A DNA stretch of 64,000 bases from an uncultured Fibrobacterota bacterium (GCA_964419255.1 CAYQOU010000002.1:44892-108891), one strand, 5' to 3'; shown: positions 10,312 through 21,081, counted from the first letter of the stretch. The notes: generated from the letters alone by a model not told the origin. Numbers and translations are program-made.

Positions 10312-11567
10312 ACTATCAATTGCTCCAGAAAGTGTACCGATTCATTCATCGATGCGGAAAACTTCATTTGAGCATCAATAAAAGCCCGTGCCTCTGTTTT
10401 CAAAGTCTTTATTATCCGAGAAGCCAGTTCTTTTCCATCCTCTACCTGGAAGCCGACACCAGCTGATTGTAATCTGTCACAGCTTTGCTGTTGGGCATGC
10501 GTGTGAGGCCCAAAAAAGACCGGTATTCCGTATTGAGCAGCTTCCCACACGTTGTGACCACCAATCTGAACAAATGTGCCACCAACGACGGCCGCGTCGG
10601 CAATCATGTACACCGTTTCGAGTACTCCATATGCTTCAATCACCGCCACGTGCCAGTCTCTTCCGGCAGAAAGAGCGGTAAGGTGCAAAACATCCGCCGC
10701 CAGTTGATTGACAATGGGCATGGTCGATTTGAGGTGCCGTGGTACAATAATCCATTTAACTTTCATTCCAGATTCGCGCATCTCTTCACATGCAGTACTG
10801 ATAATGACAGCTTCATCCTTATGAACGCATCCAACCGTGATCACCAGCTCGTCGCCGATCGCAAGATCAGATCTGATTGCTGCCCATTTCTCCTGAGATG
10901 GACGCTTTATAACCACATGGCTCTTTAAGTTACCGATAACGCTGATATTGTGGCCATCAACGCCCAACTTCTCAAACCGTTCTCCGTACACCTCATTTTG
11001 AACGAGAACCGGATTTAGATACTCAAAAAGTGTCCGGAATAAAAAACCAAAAGTTTTGTATGCTTCGAATGACTTTTCTTCCAGCCGGCCGTTGACTATA
11101 CCAACCGGCACATTCCTTTTCCGACACACCCATAATAATGCCGGCCAAATCTCGGTTTCCATGATCCAGACGCGGGATATGGAAAAGCTCTTAAGCATTC
11201 TTTTCATTAGAGGAATGGTATCAAAAGGAAGATATCCTATTGCACAAGCAGTATCAGGTTTGTTTTTTTCCAGAAACGCGACACCAGTTTCGGATGTCGC
11301 TGTGAGTACGTATACAACTCCGGGTTTCTTTTGTTCAAGTATGCGTAGAAACTGCAGCAACAGTTTAGCCTCGCCTAAAGATGCGGCATGTAACCAGTGC
11401 ACGACTTTACCATTAAATGGCTTCACGGCATAGGGAAGGCGGTTTCTTGCCCTCACGTGCATAGTACGTGCCCGTTGTTTACCCAGAAGCGGAATAATAC
11501 CGTAGCGAAAACAATTTAAAAAGAGACTGTAAACGTGCAAAGCAAGTGAATTTAGGCTATTTTTCAT
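10308..11567 (-). CDS. waaA: Kdo transferase
   Basis: WLHAASLGE, LPFD, METEIWP, NGRL, GNLK, VPRH, GGHNVWEAA. Confidence 0.92.
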   Translation of the reverse strand: MKNSLNSLALHVYSLFLNCFRYGIIPLLGKQRARTMHVRARNRLPYAVKPFNGKVVHWLHAASLGEAKLLLQFLRILEQKKPGVVYVLTATSETGVAFLEKNKPDTACAIGYLPFDTIPLMKRMLKSFSISRVWIMETEIWPALLWVCRKRNVPVGIVNGRLEEKSFEAYKTFGFLFRTLFEYLNPVLVQNEVYGERFEKLGVDGHNISVIGNLKSHVVIKRPSQEKWAAIRSDLAIGDELVITVGCVHKDEAVIISTACEEMRESGMKVKWIIVPRHLKSTMPIVNQLAADVLHLTALSAGRDWHVAVIEAYGVLETVYMIADAAVVGGTFVQIGGHNVWEAAQYGIPVFFGPHTHAQQQSCDRLQSAGVGFQVEDGKELASRIIKTLKTEARAFIDAQMKFSASMNESVHFLEQLIV

Positions 11568-11569
11568 AA

Positions 11570-13033
11570 TTATTGGAATACTGTGACCCTGTTCTTTCCA
11601 TCCCTTTTCGATTGATACAAGGCCTGATCGGCTTTGCTTATCAGTTCATCCTTAGGTGTTTTTTCTGATCCATCGTAACAGTCCAAACCGATACTCACCG
11701 TATAGGTCACCTGTTTTTGAGAAAAGGTGAAGGGAGTATCAGCAACAGCCTCACAGATGCGTTGTGCCATTATCAAAGCCCCCTCGGCATTGGTTTCGGG
11801 AAGCACTAAGGCAAACTCCTCCCCTCCGTAACGCGCCAGAACATCACCACCCCGAATGGCATCCGATATTCTTCTAGTCAAATCGACCAGTACAGCATCG
11901 CCAACCAGATGTCCATACGAATCATTGATCTTTTTGAAATCATCTATATCTATTAGCGCAAGACAAAAAGGATGTTTATGGCGATTTGCTCTTGCGATCT
12001 CTCGTTCGAGAGTTTCATGGAACATACGATGGTTTGCTACACCGGTGAGACTGTCGGTTTTTGCCTGCATTTTGGCCTGAAGGTCGAGATATCCATGCTC
12101 TACAATGGAAGAGGTTATTGAGGCAAATACGTATAGAAACTGGTTTTTCTGCGCATCAAGTGGCTGGTCTTTTCTGCATACCACACTCAGATAACCGATC
12201 GTCTTGCCAAGAACAGAAAGTCCAATGGTAATGGGCTCCAATTTTTCCACCTCTGAATTGTCGGCCTGCTGCTTCTTACCACTGAAAATGGTAATAGGAT
12301 AGTCCCCAAGCGGCTGTTTTTCCGTTTCTCTTGTCTCCGCGGCCAGATCGTCATGAAGTTTTTCTATGAGTGGTTTGATCTGTTTTTCCGTTATCGAGCC
12401 GATTCTAGGCATAGCAAACGATTCACGAAAACCAATGAAATCTACGGTAATGGCGCAATATTCAGCCTTAAGTTGAGAATTTACCTCCTCCAAAATGACC
12501 CGCATAATTTCAGTAGTATCAAGTGAAAGCATCAGTTTGCGACAGAAATAGTAGAGCGCGGCGACATCATGAAAATGACGCTTAATCTCGGGAACACTCA
12601 CATCCTCATTTCTCATCAGCATGACACTTTTAAGATGAAATATGCGGCCGGCAAGCGCTTTTTCAACCTGATACAGAAAATCGTCAACCGATAGTGGCTT
12701 TAGCAGGTATGAGGTAACACCCAGATTTATCGCTTCCGCAGCCGAGTCAATCGACCCGTAGCCGGTTATCATAATTACTTCTGTGTATGGATCTTTCTGT
12801 TTAGCACTTTTCAGCACATCTAACCCGGAGCCATCCAGCAGTTTCAAATCGGTAATAACCAGATCGTAGCTGATTGAATTGATTTTCTCAATGCTTGATG
12901 CGACAGATTCTGCCACATGGATCATGTCATACGTATCTTCAAGGGCACGCTTCAGGAAGTTGCTAACAACAGGATCATCATCTACAATAAGAATTGAACA
13001 ATCTTTAGGCTTTTTAACATCTTGGATAGTCAT
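11570..13033 (-). CDS. Response-regulator diguanylate cyclase (REC, GAF-like, GGDEF)
   Basis: ILIVDDD and DLVITDL receiver motifs; DSLTG, DIDDFK, RGGD I-site, GGEEF. Confidence 0.93.
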   Translation of the reverse strand: MTIQDVKKPKDCSILIVDDDPVVSNFLKRALEDTYDMIHVAESVASSIEKINSISYDLVITDLKLLDGSGLDVLKSAKQKDPYTEVIMITGYGSIDSAAEAINLGVTSYLLKPLSVDDFLYQVEKALAGRIFHLKSVMLMRNEDVSVPEIKRHFHDVAALYYFCRKLMLSLDTTEIMRVILEEVNSQLKAEYCAITVDFIGFRESFAMPRIGSITEKQIKPLIEKLHDDLAAETRETEKQPLGDYPITIFSGKKQQADNSEVEKLEPITIGLSVLGKTIGYLSVVCRKDQPLDAQKNQFLYVFASITSSIVEHGYLDLQAKMQAKTDSLTGVANHRMFHETLEREIARANRHKHPFCLALIDIDDFKKINDSYGHLVGDAVLVDLTRRISDAIRGGDVLARYGGEEFALVLPETNAEGALIMAQRICEAVADTPFTFSQKQVTYTVSIGLDCYDGSEKTPKDELISKADQALYQSKRDGKNRVTVFQ

Positions 13034-13179
13034 TATCTACTCTATGCTTTGCACCTGGTTGCATTCACGAGGTTAATTGTGGGGGGCATGGGAGTACAAT
13101 ATAACTCTAATATACTAATTGAAATGCGACCGGATCAGGCACTTTTTGAACAGAATGGTTCATATAACAAAATAATGGT

Positions 13180-13208
13180 TTGACTTTATCAGCCTCTCAA
13201 GCTATTTT
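13180..13208 (+). promoter_or_regulatory. Sigma70-type promoter for the lipoprotein operon
   Basis: TTGACT-17bp-TATTTT, 60 bp upstream of ATG 13269. Confidence 0.55.
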
Positions 13209-13268
13209 ATTTTTCCATAAAAGCGGTATGGAGTAAACACATTTAATTTCAACAAGATAGTTACTACC

Positions 13269-14459
13269 ATGAAAACAATCAACTTACTATATGTTCTTCT
13301 CATGGGCATTGGTGTCTTTATTTCCTGTAGCGAAAACCCATTCGATTCCACCACGGATCTTGGTAAAGATATAATAGAAGATTTCGATTCTACGATAACC
13401 GATTTCGATCGAAATTTCAAGACCGTGCAGCTTGAACTGGAAGTTTTATCCGACACGACCATTTTTCTAGAATCAGGTGATTTCCCGGCAGGTGTTCGTT
13501 CCTCTTCACCTTTTCGTGTCGGTATATGGGAAAACGAAAAAGCAACCACATATCTGGAATTCGATGGAAGAACATTTTTAAGCACATTTAGAGAGACAGA
13601 AGACAGCCTGACAGAAGACAGCCTGCAGCTGAGACTTAATTTCACCGACACTCTGGAAGAAATATCTCTTCATGTTCTTTCCGGCACTATCGATTCGTCC
13701 TATTCTTTTTCTGACCTTCATGAATATGAGACAGACAGCCTCGCACCAGATAGTATTCTGGCCCTGGAGGCAACTTTTGATCTGGCCTCCCTTGTAGAAG
13801 AGATTGCCCAAAGAATTCAGGACGGTCTTATCATTGAAGAAGATAACGATGAGGTCGATACCACCTATCCGGATGTCGCATTTCTGATAAAATCCGACTC
13901 TCCGGTAAATGGCATTCAGGATGCGAACCTGACATTTGTCACCAGAGATGGCGAAGATATAGAAGAAACAGAAATCGATTTTCAGGGGGCTCTTTTCGAT
14001 GTTAATGTCATAGATGCGGATGATAACCCCGTGTCGTCACTGGCTACCGATCGCACGGCAATCCTAGCTATTGATTTTGCTCCACTGTGGGATGTACTTC
14101 TTGATGATACCGAAGAAATGACCTATCAGTCATTTTTAGTCACTGAACTTACGATCCGGGCTGATGCCGTTGCGAACCTTAGTCCCCAGGACAGCGCGAT
14201 TGTGTTTACGTATGCTCTTGAGCCGTCTATTGTTGCAAATGACACCGATCTTGCCAACCTGGGAAGTATTCAATTAAACCCGGACTCGACTACAGCCGTA
14301 CTTAGAATAGAACGATTCCTAAACACCATATCGGGCACACCCGAAACTGCTTACCTTCATTTGCCAATAAACTCCAATGCGAATGAACTATTTAGTAAAA
14401 TCAATTGGCATCCTATGGAAGAGGTTTCCATACGGGCTGTTTTAACCACTCCACGGTAG
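13269..14459 (+). CDS. Highly acidic hypothetical lipoprotein (loosely DUF4270-like)
   Basis: Lipobox FISC; D/E-rich beta-type sequence; family assignment weak. Confidence 0.7.
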   Translation: MKTINLLYVLLMGIGVFISCSENPFDSTTDLGKDIIEDFDSTITDFDRNFKTVQLELEVLSDTTIFLESGDFPAGVRSSSPFRVGIWENEKATTYLEFDGRTFLSTFRETEDSLTEDSLQLRLNFTDTLEEISLHVLSGTIDSSYSFSDLHEYETDSLAPDSILALEATFDLASLVEEIAQRIQDGLIIEEDNDEVDTTYPDVAFLIKSDSPVNGIQDANLTFVTRDGEDIEETEIDFQGALFDVNVIDADDNPVSSLATDRTAILAIDFAPLWDVLLDDTEEMTYQSFLVTELTIRADAVANLSPQDSAIVFTYALEPSIVANDTDLANLGSIQLNPDSTTAVLRIERFLNTISGTPETAYLHLPINSNANELFSKINWHPMEEVSIRAVLTTPR

Positions 14460-14465
14460 GAATAT

Positions 14466-15680
14466 ATGCGATCAATCTACATAGCAACAGTTACTTTGTC
14501 ACTCTGTGCATTTCAATTAGCCGCTCAATCGGTGCTTTCTCTTCAATACCCATTGGGGTTACCAATCAATCCTACTTCGGGAATGTCATCTAATATGGGA
14601 GGAGCTGGAGTGGGTATGGCCAACCCAAACCAAATTCTGCTCAAAAACCCGGCTAACCTTGGAATAATAGATCAGACCACGTTTTCTTCCTTTATCTCCC
14701 TCGATTTTCTTCAAATACGAGATGAGGATAGAAACACCGAGCATTTTCAGCTTGTTCCAGAACAGGTCTCTTTCGCATTTCCGGTGGGGATGTTCGGAAC
14801 TATTGGCTTTGGTGTATTGAACCAGACTGATGCGACGGTGAAGTTTGAGTTACCCTCAGAGGATGTCGGCAATGAACTGGAAGGCCAGTTGGCTTTGGAT
14901 CGCGAAGGTGGACTTACCAGCTGGCAGCTGGGGTGGGGAAGAAACCTTGATCGCTGGATTCATCTTGGAGTCGCCTATCAGCGTCTCTACTTTAACCTTA
15001 ACAGCACTGAAATCAAACAAATACCGGAACTTGAGGCCGCTATGGCCAGAGACAGCACCTATCTGCAATATCGTGGTAACGGTATACGACTTGGCATACT
15101 CGTCCCCCTGGGAGATCTAACTGCCGGCATGAGCTGGAACTATGTTTTTGATGGTGAAGCGGATGTCAGAAGTGTAACGAAATTAAGTTCCGGTAATACA
15201 ACAGTGGCAAATACCGACAGCAGCTACGAGCTTGATTTTATTCTCCCCCCCACTTTCACCGTTGGCGCTGCTTATCAGATTAATCCACAATGGCTGACGG
15301 CCGTGGATGTGAGCCTGACACAATGGAATCAGTTTAAGTCCGGCGGCCCGATTTCCAAGCCGCAACGGGACAATACAATGGAGTTAGGCCTCGGGACGCA
15401 GTTTATTCCTTCGCCCGAAGCTCTCTCACCCGAATACTGGGAAACGGTACAATACCGTGCTGGATTCAGATACGATCAGCTCCCAGATGAGAATAGCATG
15501 AATTTTGCTATATCGCTTGGGGCAGGCTTACCGCTTCGAGCTGGAGGCCTGTTGGATGTTGTAGCCAAACTGGGTAGACGCACAGATGACTCCTATTCGG
15601 AATATTCTGAAAATTACATCCATATCGGCCTGGGCATTAACGGTGGCCGAGCCGGGCGCAACGCATACGAGGGTAATTAA
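14466..15680 (+). CDS. Outer-membrane beta-barrel, FadL/PorV-like
   Basis: Signal peptide, MGGAG...NPA hatch motif, amphipathic strands, YRAGFRY. Confidence 0.75.
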   Translation: MRSIYIATVTLSLCAFQLAAQSVLSLQYPLGLPINPTSGMSSNMGGAGVGMANPNQILLKNPANLGIIDQTTFSSFISLDFLQIRDEDRNTEHFQLVPEQVSFAFPVGMFGTIGFGVLNQTDATVKFELPSEDVGNELEGQLALDREGGLTSWQLGWGRNLDRWIHLGVAYQRLYFNLNSTEIKQIPELEAAMARDSTYLQYRGNGIRLGILVPLGDLTAGMSWNYVFDGEADVRSVTKLSSGNTTVANTDSSYELDFILPPTFTVGAAYQINPQWLTAVDVSLTQWNQFKSGGPISKPQRDNTMELGLGTQFIPSPEALSPEYWETVQYRAGFRYDQLPDENSMNFAISLGAGLPLRAGGLLDVVAKLGRRTDDSYSEYSENYIHIGLGINGGRAGRNAYEGN

Positions 15681-15722
15681 TTGATGTGATCTTATAGGTA
15701 GTCTTCACGAAAGGGGGAGTCC

Positions 15723-16646
15723 ATGCAATCAGGTAAGTCTCCAGAAAACAGTGCCTCCAGTAAGAAAAAGACTATGAACGACCAAACCGAATCGCAAAAG
15801 GGTGTTTCCAAGGAAAACACCACAAAAAGTTCATCAATTCCCAGGGATGTCAAAGGTGAACGGAGTATAAAAAAAGCCGGCTCCACAAGCCCCTCTTCCA
15901 AAACACCGGGAGCTACCAGCGCCAAAACCGAAGAAGAGCATAACCGCCTGTCTGGTGGTGCTATGAGGCGCAATTCGTGGTCTCCCGCATCTTTTGTACC
16001 GGCTGCTTATGCCGAACGTCAGAGCAAAATGGCACCACGTTATTTTTTCAATACCAGCATTCCACAATCTTATCATCAATCGTACTTCAGAGCCATGGCA
16101 CGTGATCCTGAATGGATTTTCGCATATTGGGAAATAAATCCTGATCAAATTCAGAAAGCTAAATCATCTCTTGGTGACGATTTCGAGTCTTCCAAAAAGA
16201 TAATTCGTCTGATTGATGTAACGGTTATACAGTACGACGGCACAAACTCCTCTTCTTTCACCGATGTCGAGGTCAATGATTTTGCCACCAACTGGTATTT
16301 AAAAGTTCCTCAGTCCGATCGAAGTTACTTGCTTGAAATCGGTTTTTTATCTCCACGAGGCTGTTTTGAGGTTCTTATTCGTTCAAATGTAGTACAGATC
16401 CCGCGTGCTAAGCCCAGCACGAATACTGAGAGCGAATGGAACACTGTCGACACAGATGAATTATTACGCCTGTCCGGTCTGAATAGAATTCAGATCGGGG
16501 CAAGCGAAAGCATGGTTCTTCAACAATTGGAAAAAAAAGCCAAGTACAATAGCCCTCTATCGATGGAGCAAATCGGCGCGAGTGAAAATGTGCTTTTGCA
16601 GGGAGCAAGCGAGCAACTCAGCTCCGACTGGTTCGCAAATCGTTAG
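15723..16646 (+). CDS. DUF4912-domain protein
   Basis: IPQSY...MARDPEWIFAYWEI, RLIDVT, NWYL, RSNVVQIP; C-terminal GASE repeats. Confidence 0.88.
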   Translation: MQSGKSPENSASSKKKTMNDQTESQKGVSKENTTKSSSIPRDVKGERSIKKAGSTSPSSKTPGATSAKTEEEHNRLSGGAMRRNSWSPASFVPAAYAERQSKMAPRYFFNTSIPQSYHQSYFRAMARDPEWIFAYWEINPDQIQKAKSSLGDDFESSKKIIRLIDVTVIQYDGTNSSSFTDVEVNDFATNWYLKVPQSDRSYLLEIGFLSPRGCFEVLIRSNVVQIPRAKPSTNTESEWNTVDTDELLRLSGLNRIQIGASESMVLQQLEKKAKYNSPLSMEQIGASENVLLQGASEQLSSDWFANR

Positions 16647-16664
16647 ATTCCTCCTTCAGTTAAT

Positions 16665-16695
16665 AAGGATGCCTTTAAAAGGCATCCTTTTTTTT
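16665..16695 (+). terminator. Intrinsic terminator-like hairpin between DUF4912 and GH57
   Basis: AAGGATGCCT-loop-AGGCATCCTT running into a T8 tract. Confidence 0.7.
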
Positions 16696-16706
16696 GTGGT
16701 TAACAC

Positions 16707-18317
16707 ATGGACTTTCATAAGAGGTTACGGCGACCTGCAGGATATGTCAGCCTGATTTTACATGCCCATCTTCCTTTTGTTCGTCACCCGGAGTGTGACT
16801 ATAACATGGAAGAAAACTGGCTTTTTGAAGCCATCAGCGAGACATACATCCCACTGTTGATTACTTTCGGCAATCTTCTGGATGATAGGATTGCTTTTCG
16901 CATTACCATTTCATTAACCCCGACTCTCTGCTCGATGCTCTCAGATGAGTTTCTCCAATACCGATATATACAGTATATCGATCGACTGATTGAGCTGGCA
17001 GAGAAAGAAACTATCCGCACAAAATCTGATCCAGAGATAAACAAGACTGCTCACATGTATTTGGATAAATTCCGGACATGCAAAAGAACATTCGTTGATG
17101 TACATGATGGCAACATTCTGGATGGGTTTCGAGATCTACAAAACAGGGGCGTGTTGGAGATAATCACCTGCGGAGCTACTCACGGTTTTTTCCCAAACAT
17201 GATCAAGCAGGAAAAGACCGTACGGGCTCAGATCGATGTAGCCGTAAAAACACACATGCGTTTTTTCGGCATTCAACCTGCAGGGTTCTGGCTACCGGAA
17301 TGCGGGTACTTTCCCGGTGTGGAGAAATATCTTGATGAGGCACAGATTCGATACTTTTTCGTTGATACCCATGGAATCCTCTATGCAGATCCACGCCCGT
17401 CATACGGCGTATTCGCACCAGTTATTTGCAGAGGAACTAATGTGGCCGCATTTGGTCGCGATATGGAATCATCGAAATCGGTGTGGAGCTCACTGGTCGG
17501 GTATCCAGGCGATTATGAATATAGAGATTTTTACAGGGATATTGGTTTTGACCTGGATATGAATTACATCAAACCTTACATTGACCCTATCGGCATAAGA
17601 ATCAATACGGGGATTAAATATTACAGAATAACCGAGAAAAACTCCAATCACAAGAAACCTTATGATCATCAGGCAGCATTGCGCAAAGCCGCAGAACATG
17701 CCGACGATTTCATGCGTAACCGCCAAAAACAGATCCAGCACCTTTCTACATTAATGGATCGGCCTCCCATAATTATAGCCCCTTACGATGCAGAGCTGTT
17801 TGGACACTGGTGGTATGAGGGTCCCGATTGGCTCAATTATCTGATTCGCCGAATTACTTTTGATCAGCATTCTATCGCACTTGCCACTCCCTCAGATTAT
17901 CTCACCACCTTTCCTACCAACCAGATATCCACCCCCTCTTTCTCCAGCTGGGGGAATAAAGGATATGCAGAGGTCTGGCTCGACAAAAGTAATGATTGGG
18001 TGTATCGTCATCTGCATGCAATCGAGACATACATGACTGAGTATGCACGCAAGCACCTTGATGCTGAAGGGCTAACTGAACGGGCACTCAATCAAATGGC
18101 ACGGGAGCTTCTTTTGGCAGAAAGCAGCGATTGGGCATTCATCATGAAAATGGGTACTACGGTTCAGTATGCCGAGCGCAGAACAAAAGAACATGTGGCA
18201 AATTTTCTAAAACTGTGCGGACAAATAGACAGCGAATCTATTGACAGAAGCTTTCTTGAGATATTGGAATCTCATAATAATATTTTTCCGGACATAGATT
18301 TCCGGGTTTATGCCTGA
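16707..18317 (+). CDS. GH57 1,4-alpha-glucan branching enzyme (DUF1957)
   Basis: HAHLPFV, WLFEAISETYIP, FWLPEC (nucleophile Glu), PYDAELFGHWWYEG, ESSDWAF. Confidence 0.93.
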   Translation: MDFHKRLRRPAGYVSLILHAHLPFVRHPECDYNMEENWLFEAISETYIPLLITFGNLLDDRIAFRITISLTPTLCSMLSDEFLQYRYIQYIDRLIELAEKETIRTKSDPEINKTAHMYLDKFRTCKRTFVDVHDGNILDGFRDLQNRGVLEIITCGATHGFFPNMIKQEKTVRAQIDVAVKTHMRFFGIQPAGFWLPECGYFPGVEKYLDEAQIRYFFVDTHGILYADPRPSYGVFAPVICRGTNVAAFGRDMESSKSVWSSLVGYPGDYEYRDFYRDIGFDLDMNYIKPYIDPIGIRINTGIKYYRITEKNSNHKKPYDHQAALRKAAEHADDFMRNRQKQIQHLSTLMDRPPIIIAPYDAELFGHWWYEGPDWLNYLIRRITFDQHSIALATPSDYLTTFPTNQISTPSFSSWGNKGYAEVWLDKSNDWVYRHLHAIETYMTEYARKHLDAEGLTERALNQMARELLLAESSDWAFIMKMGTTVQYAERRTKEHVANFLKLCGQIDSESIDRSFLEILESHNNIFPDIDFRVYA

Positions 18318-18452
18318 ATTCGCTTTTTTTTGCAGGTAACACTCGACCGATTTGCCGAGGTAGAACAAGACGGCAGGATATGTCGACAGGATTTAACGGA
18401 CGAGAGACTCACTTTTAAGGAGAAGTCACTCTTTTTGTGAGGGTAGCATTAA

Positions 18453-18528
<76 letters not shown>

Positions 18529-18594
18529 CAAGGGTCATAAAATAACAAAATTCACGATGGTCTAACAAGGTCAATTTAAATGCCAGGTGCATAT

Positions 18595-19632
18595 TTACTG
18601 CATCTGCTTATAAATACTTGATATTTCATCTAATTTTCCTTCCAGCTGATCCCGCTCTTCCTTTTTGATTTTCAGCCCGGCGATAATCTTACATTGTTTC
18701 AAGCACTTATCTTTTTGCTGCTGCCCCGCATAGCTCTTTGCGAGGTAATATCTGACAAGTACATGATTGTACGGAGTGAGTACCCCATTTTCCTGCAAAT
18801 GAGTCAGAATGGATGTGAATGTTTTTTCTGCTCTGCTGAACATATTCAGACCGACTTCAGCCTGGCCTTTGCCAAGCTTGAAAATGGTGCTGGTAGGATA
18901 CTTTTTTAACATCCTCTCGGCGATTTCCAACGCTTCATTGTATCTTTTCTCATTACATAATATGGAAATCAGACTTCCCGCGGCCGCATCACCGACAAGC
19001 ATTCCTTTATTAAATGCCGTGTAAAGCATCTCTATGGCTTCCTCCCGCTTGTCTTTGACTCCCGGCATCCACCACAGGGTCTTTGTCATAGCGCTTCGCC
19101 AATAATCGTATGTTCCGATTCCATATAAAAGGTCACTGAAACCCGGATACATACTGGCCATTTCCTTGAAAATCGCTACCCCCTGCCATCCGTGTCTGAA
19201 AGCAGTTATCCATCTACCCATTCGACTTTCGTATGTCCCCTTTGCGCCATTGGCTCCGGCTACAAAGAAACGCGCCCAGGGATCTGCGGGGTCTTTCTGG
19301 AGAATACTCTCACCTTTTGCTATGGCAAGGTCACAATACTGGTAAAATTCATTCTCATTTCGATCATTATTATAAATACTCATGTGTGCATCAAGTACCG
19401 AGGCGTAAAAGAAGTATCCGGCAGGGTGGTCCGGATAGTTTTTTATTATTTTTTTGGTCGTATTCTGCGCGGCTTCGAATTTTTCCTTATAAACATACTG
19501 CATACTGGCGACAGCCAATTCGTACATATCGGAGGGCAACGGAGGCATTTCCGCCCCCATGATTTTAAGAGAAGAAAAAAGCACTGCAAGCGTAATGCAT
19601 ACCCTACTGAGTTTCACTGGTATCATATACAT
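18595..19632 (-). CDS. Exported TPR-repeat protein
   Basis: Signal peptide, YPDHPAGYF motif, helical TPR-like repeats; last gene of the ABC operon. Confidence 0.75.
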   Translation of the reverse strand: MYMIPVKLSRVCITLAVLFSSLKIMGAEMPPLPSDMYELAVASMQYVYKEKFEAAQNTTKKIIKNYPDHPAGYFFYASVLDAHMSIYNNDRNENEFYQYCDLAIAKGESILQKDPADPWARFFVAGANGAKGTYESRMGRWITAFRHGWQGVAIFKEMASMYPGFSDLLYGIGTYDYWRSAMTKTLWWMPGVKDKREEAIEMLYTAFNKGMLVGDAAAGSLISILCNEKRYNEALEIAERMLKKYPTSTIFKLGKGQAEVGLNMFSRAEKTFTSILTHLQENGVLTPYNHVLVRYYLAKSYAGQQQKDKCLKQCKIIAGLKIKKEERDQLEGKLDEISSIYKQMQ

Positions 19633-19975
19633 ATTTGTATTGATTAAAGTACCGCTCCCACTTACGATACTCTGCCTGATAGCGATACTTTCGAACTACT
19701 TTAGCGATATCATTTCTCAAGAAGAAAAATTCGACAACAGCTTTTTTGGAATACTTACCCTCTTCAAAGCTTTCATAAGATTGTACAATGAAGTACACGG
19801 AGTCTGCGACACTTTGTTTCGGAATTTGTCCGGTTAATGATTCCAGATCATCCTGAAGGATAATCTCCAGTTTTTCTCTTATCAGATCATCAGACTCTTC
19901 AACACACCCGGTATGTACGAGTGTCAGTAACAGGAAAGCTGCAAATGGAATTGAATATCGCATATAGTCCCTCAT
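19604..19975 (-). CDS. Small hypothetical lipoprotein
   Basis: Lipobox-like HTGC after a hydrophobic stretch; overlaps both neighbours. Confidence 0.7.
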   Translation of the reverse strand: MRDYMRYSIPFAAFLLLTLVHTGCVEESDDLIREKLEIILQDDLESLTGQIPKQSVADSVYFIVQSYESFEEGKYSKKAVVEFFFLRNDIAKVVRKYRYQAEYRKWERYFNQYKYVYDTSETQ

Positions 19976-21081
19976 TCCAGAATATTGACTCTTGTTTCAG
20001 GATCAAACACATGAACATTTCTTCCGTCTATAAACACCGAAACTTTTTGATCCAGTTTAATTGATTCATCTCTTGAGACAAGAAAGCGCAGGACTGTGCC
20101 TTTGTCCGTTCGACCGATAACAAGATTTCTGTCCCCCATGTTTTCGATTAAATCAACAAGGAGTGAAATTTGTGTATCCGAATACCTTCGTGCAACATTA
20201 GCATCGGCCAGATAAATGTTCTGCGGCCGTATGCCGATGTATACACTCATCCCGAGATATTCCGGTGATTTTTCGCTCTTTTCCCGATCCAGGATTATGA
20301 AGCCAACCGGCGTTTGTACACCTATCAGATCTCCTTTAGCCGAAAGGGTGCCGCTTAAGCCATTGATTGCGGGACTGCCGATAAATTCGGCGGAAAAAAT
20401 CGTATGGGGATAATCATATACATTTCTGGGGGTATCATACTGCTCAAGACGACCGGCATTCAGTATTGCGATCCTCTCACTCATTGTCATCGCTTCCGCC
20501 TGGTTGTGTGTCACGTAAATGATAGTTTTACCGACCTGCCGGTGAACGCGCTTCAGCTCTTCCATGGCCATTTCTCTCAGTGCGGCATCAAGATTACTCA
20601 GCGGTTCGTCAAGCAGCAACACCTCAGGATCAAGTACAAGTGCTCGTGCAAATGCAACCCGCTGTCTCTGCCCCCCGGATATTTCTCGGGGCAAACGTTT
20701 TTCCAGCCCATTTAGCCCCAGCATTCTGACGACCCAGGAGAGTTTTTCATGCATCTTGCTCTGCGCGACTTTTCTTATCTTTAATCCGAAGAGAATATTA
20801 TTCTGAACGCTCATATGGGGAAAAAGCGCATAGCTTTGAAAAACCATTGCAATTCGCCTTTTTTGCGGAGAAATGTTGTTGAATAGTTTGCCGTTAATCT
20901 CCAGTTTCCCTTTTTCTATGGGTTCTAAACCGGCAATCATGCGCAAAAGCGTCGTTTTTCCGCATCCCGATGGCCCAAGCAAGGTGACGAATTCACCGGA
21001 CTTAATCTCCAGGCTTAAATTATCAATAACTTTATGATTATTGTAGTATTTGGTAATATCTGTCAGACGTAATTGAGACAT
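19972..21081 (-). CDS. Carbohydrate ABC transporter ATPase (MalK/UgpC-like, TOBE)
   Basis: GPSGCGKT, VFQSYALFPH, ISGGQRQR, LLDEPLSNLD. Confidence 0.95.
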   Translation of the reverse strand: MSQLRLTDITKYYNNHKVIDNLSLEIKSGEFVTLLGPSGCGKTTLLRMIAGLEPIEKGKLEINGKLFNNISPQKRRIAMVFQSYALFPHMSVQNNILFGLKIRKVAQSKMHEKLSWVVRMLGLNGLEKRLPREISGGQRQRVAFARALVLDPEVLLLDEPLSNLDAALREMAMEELKRVHRQVGKTIIYVTHNQAEAMTMSERIAILNAGRLEQYDTPRNVYDYPHTIFSAEFIGSPAINGLSGTLSAKGDLIGVQTPVGFIILDREKSEKSPEYLGMSVYIGIRPQNIYLADANVARRYSDTQISLLVDLIENMGDRNLVIGRTDKGTVLRFLVSRDESIKLDQKVSVFIDGRNVHVFDPETRVNILE

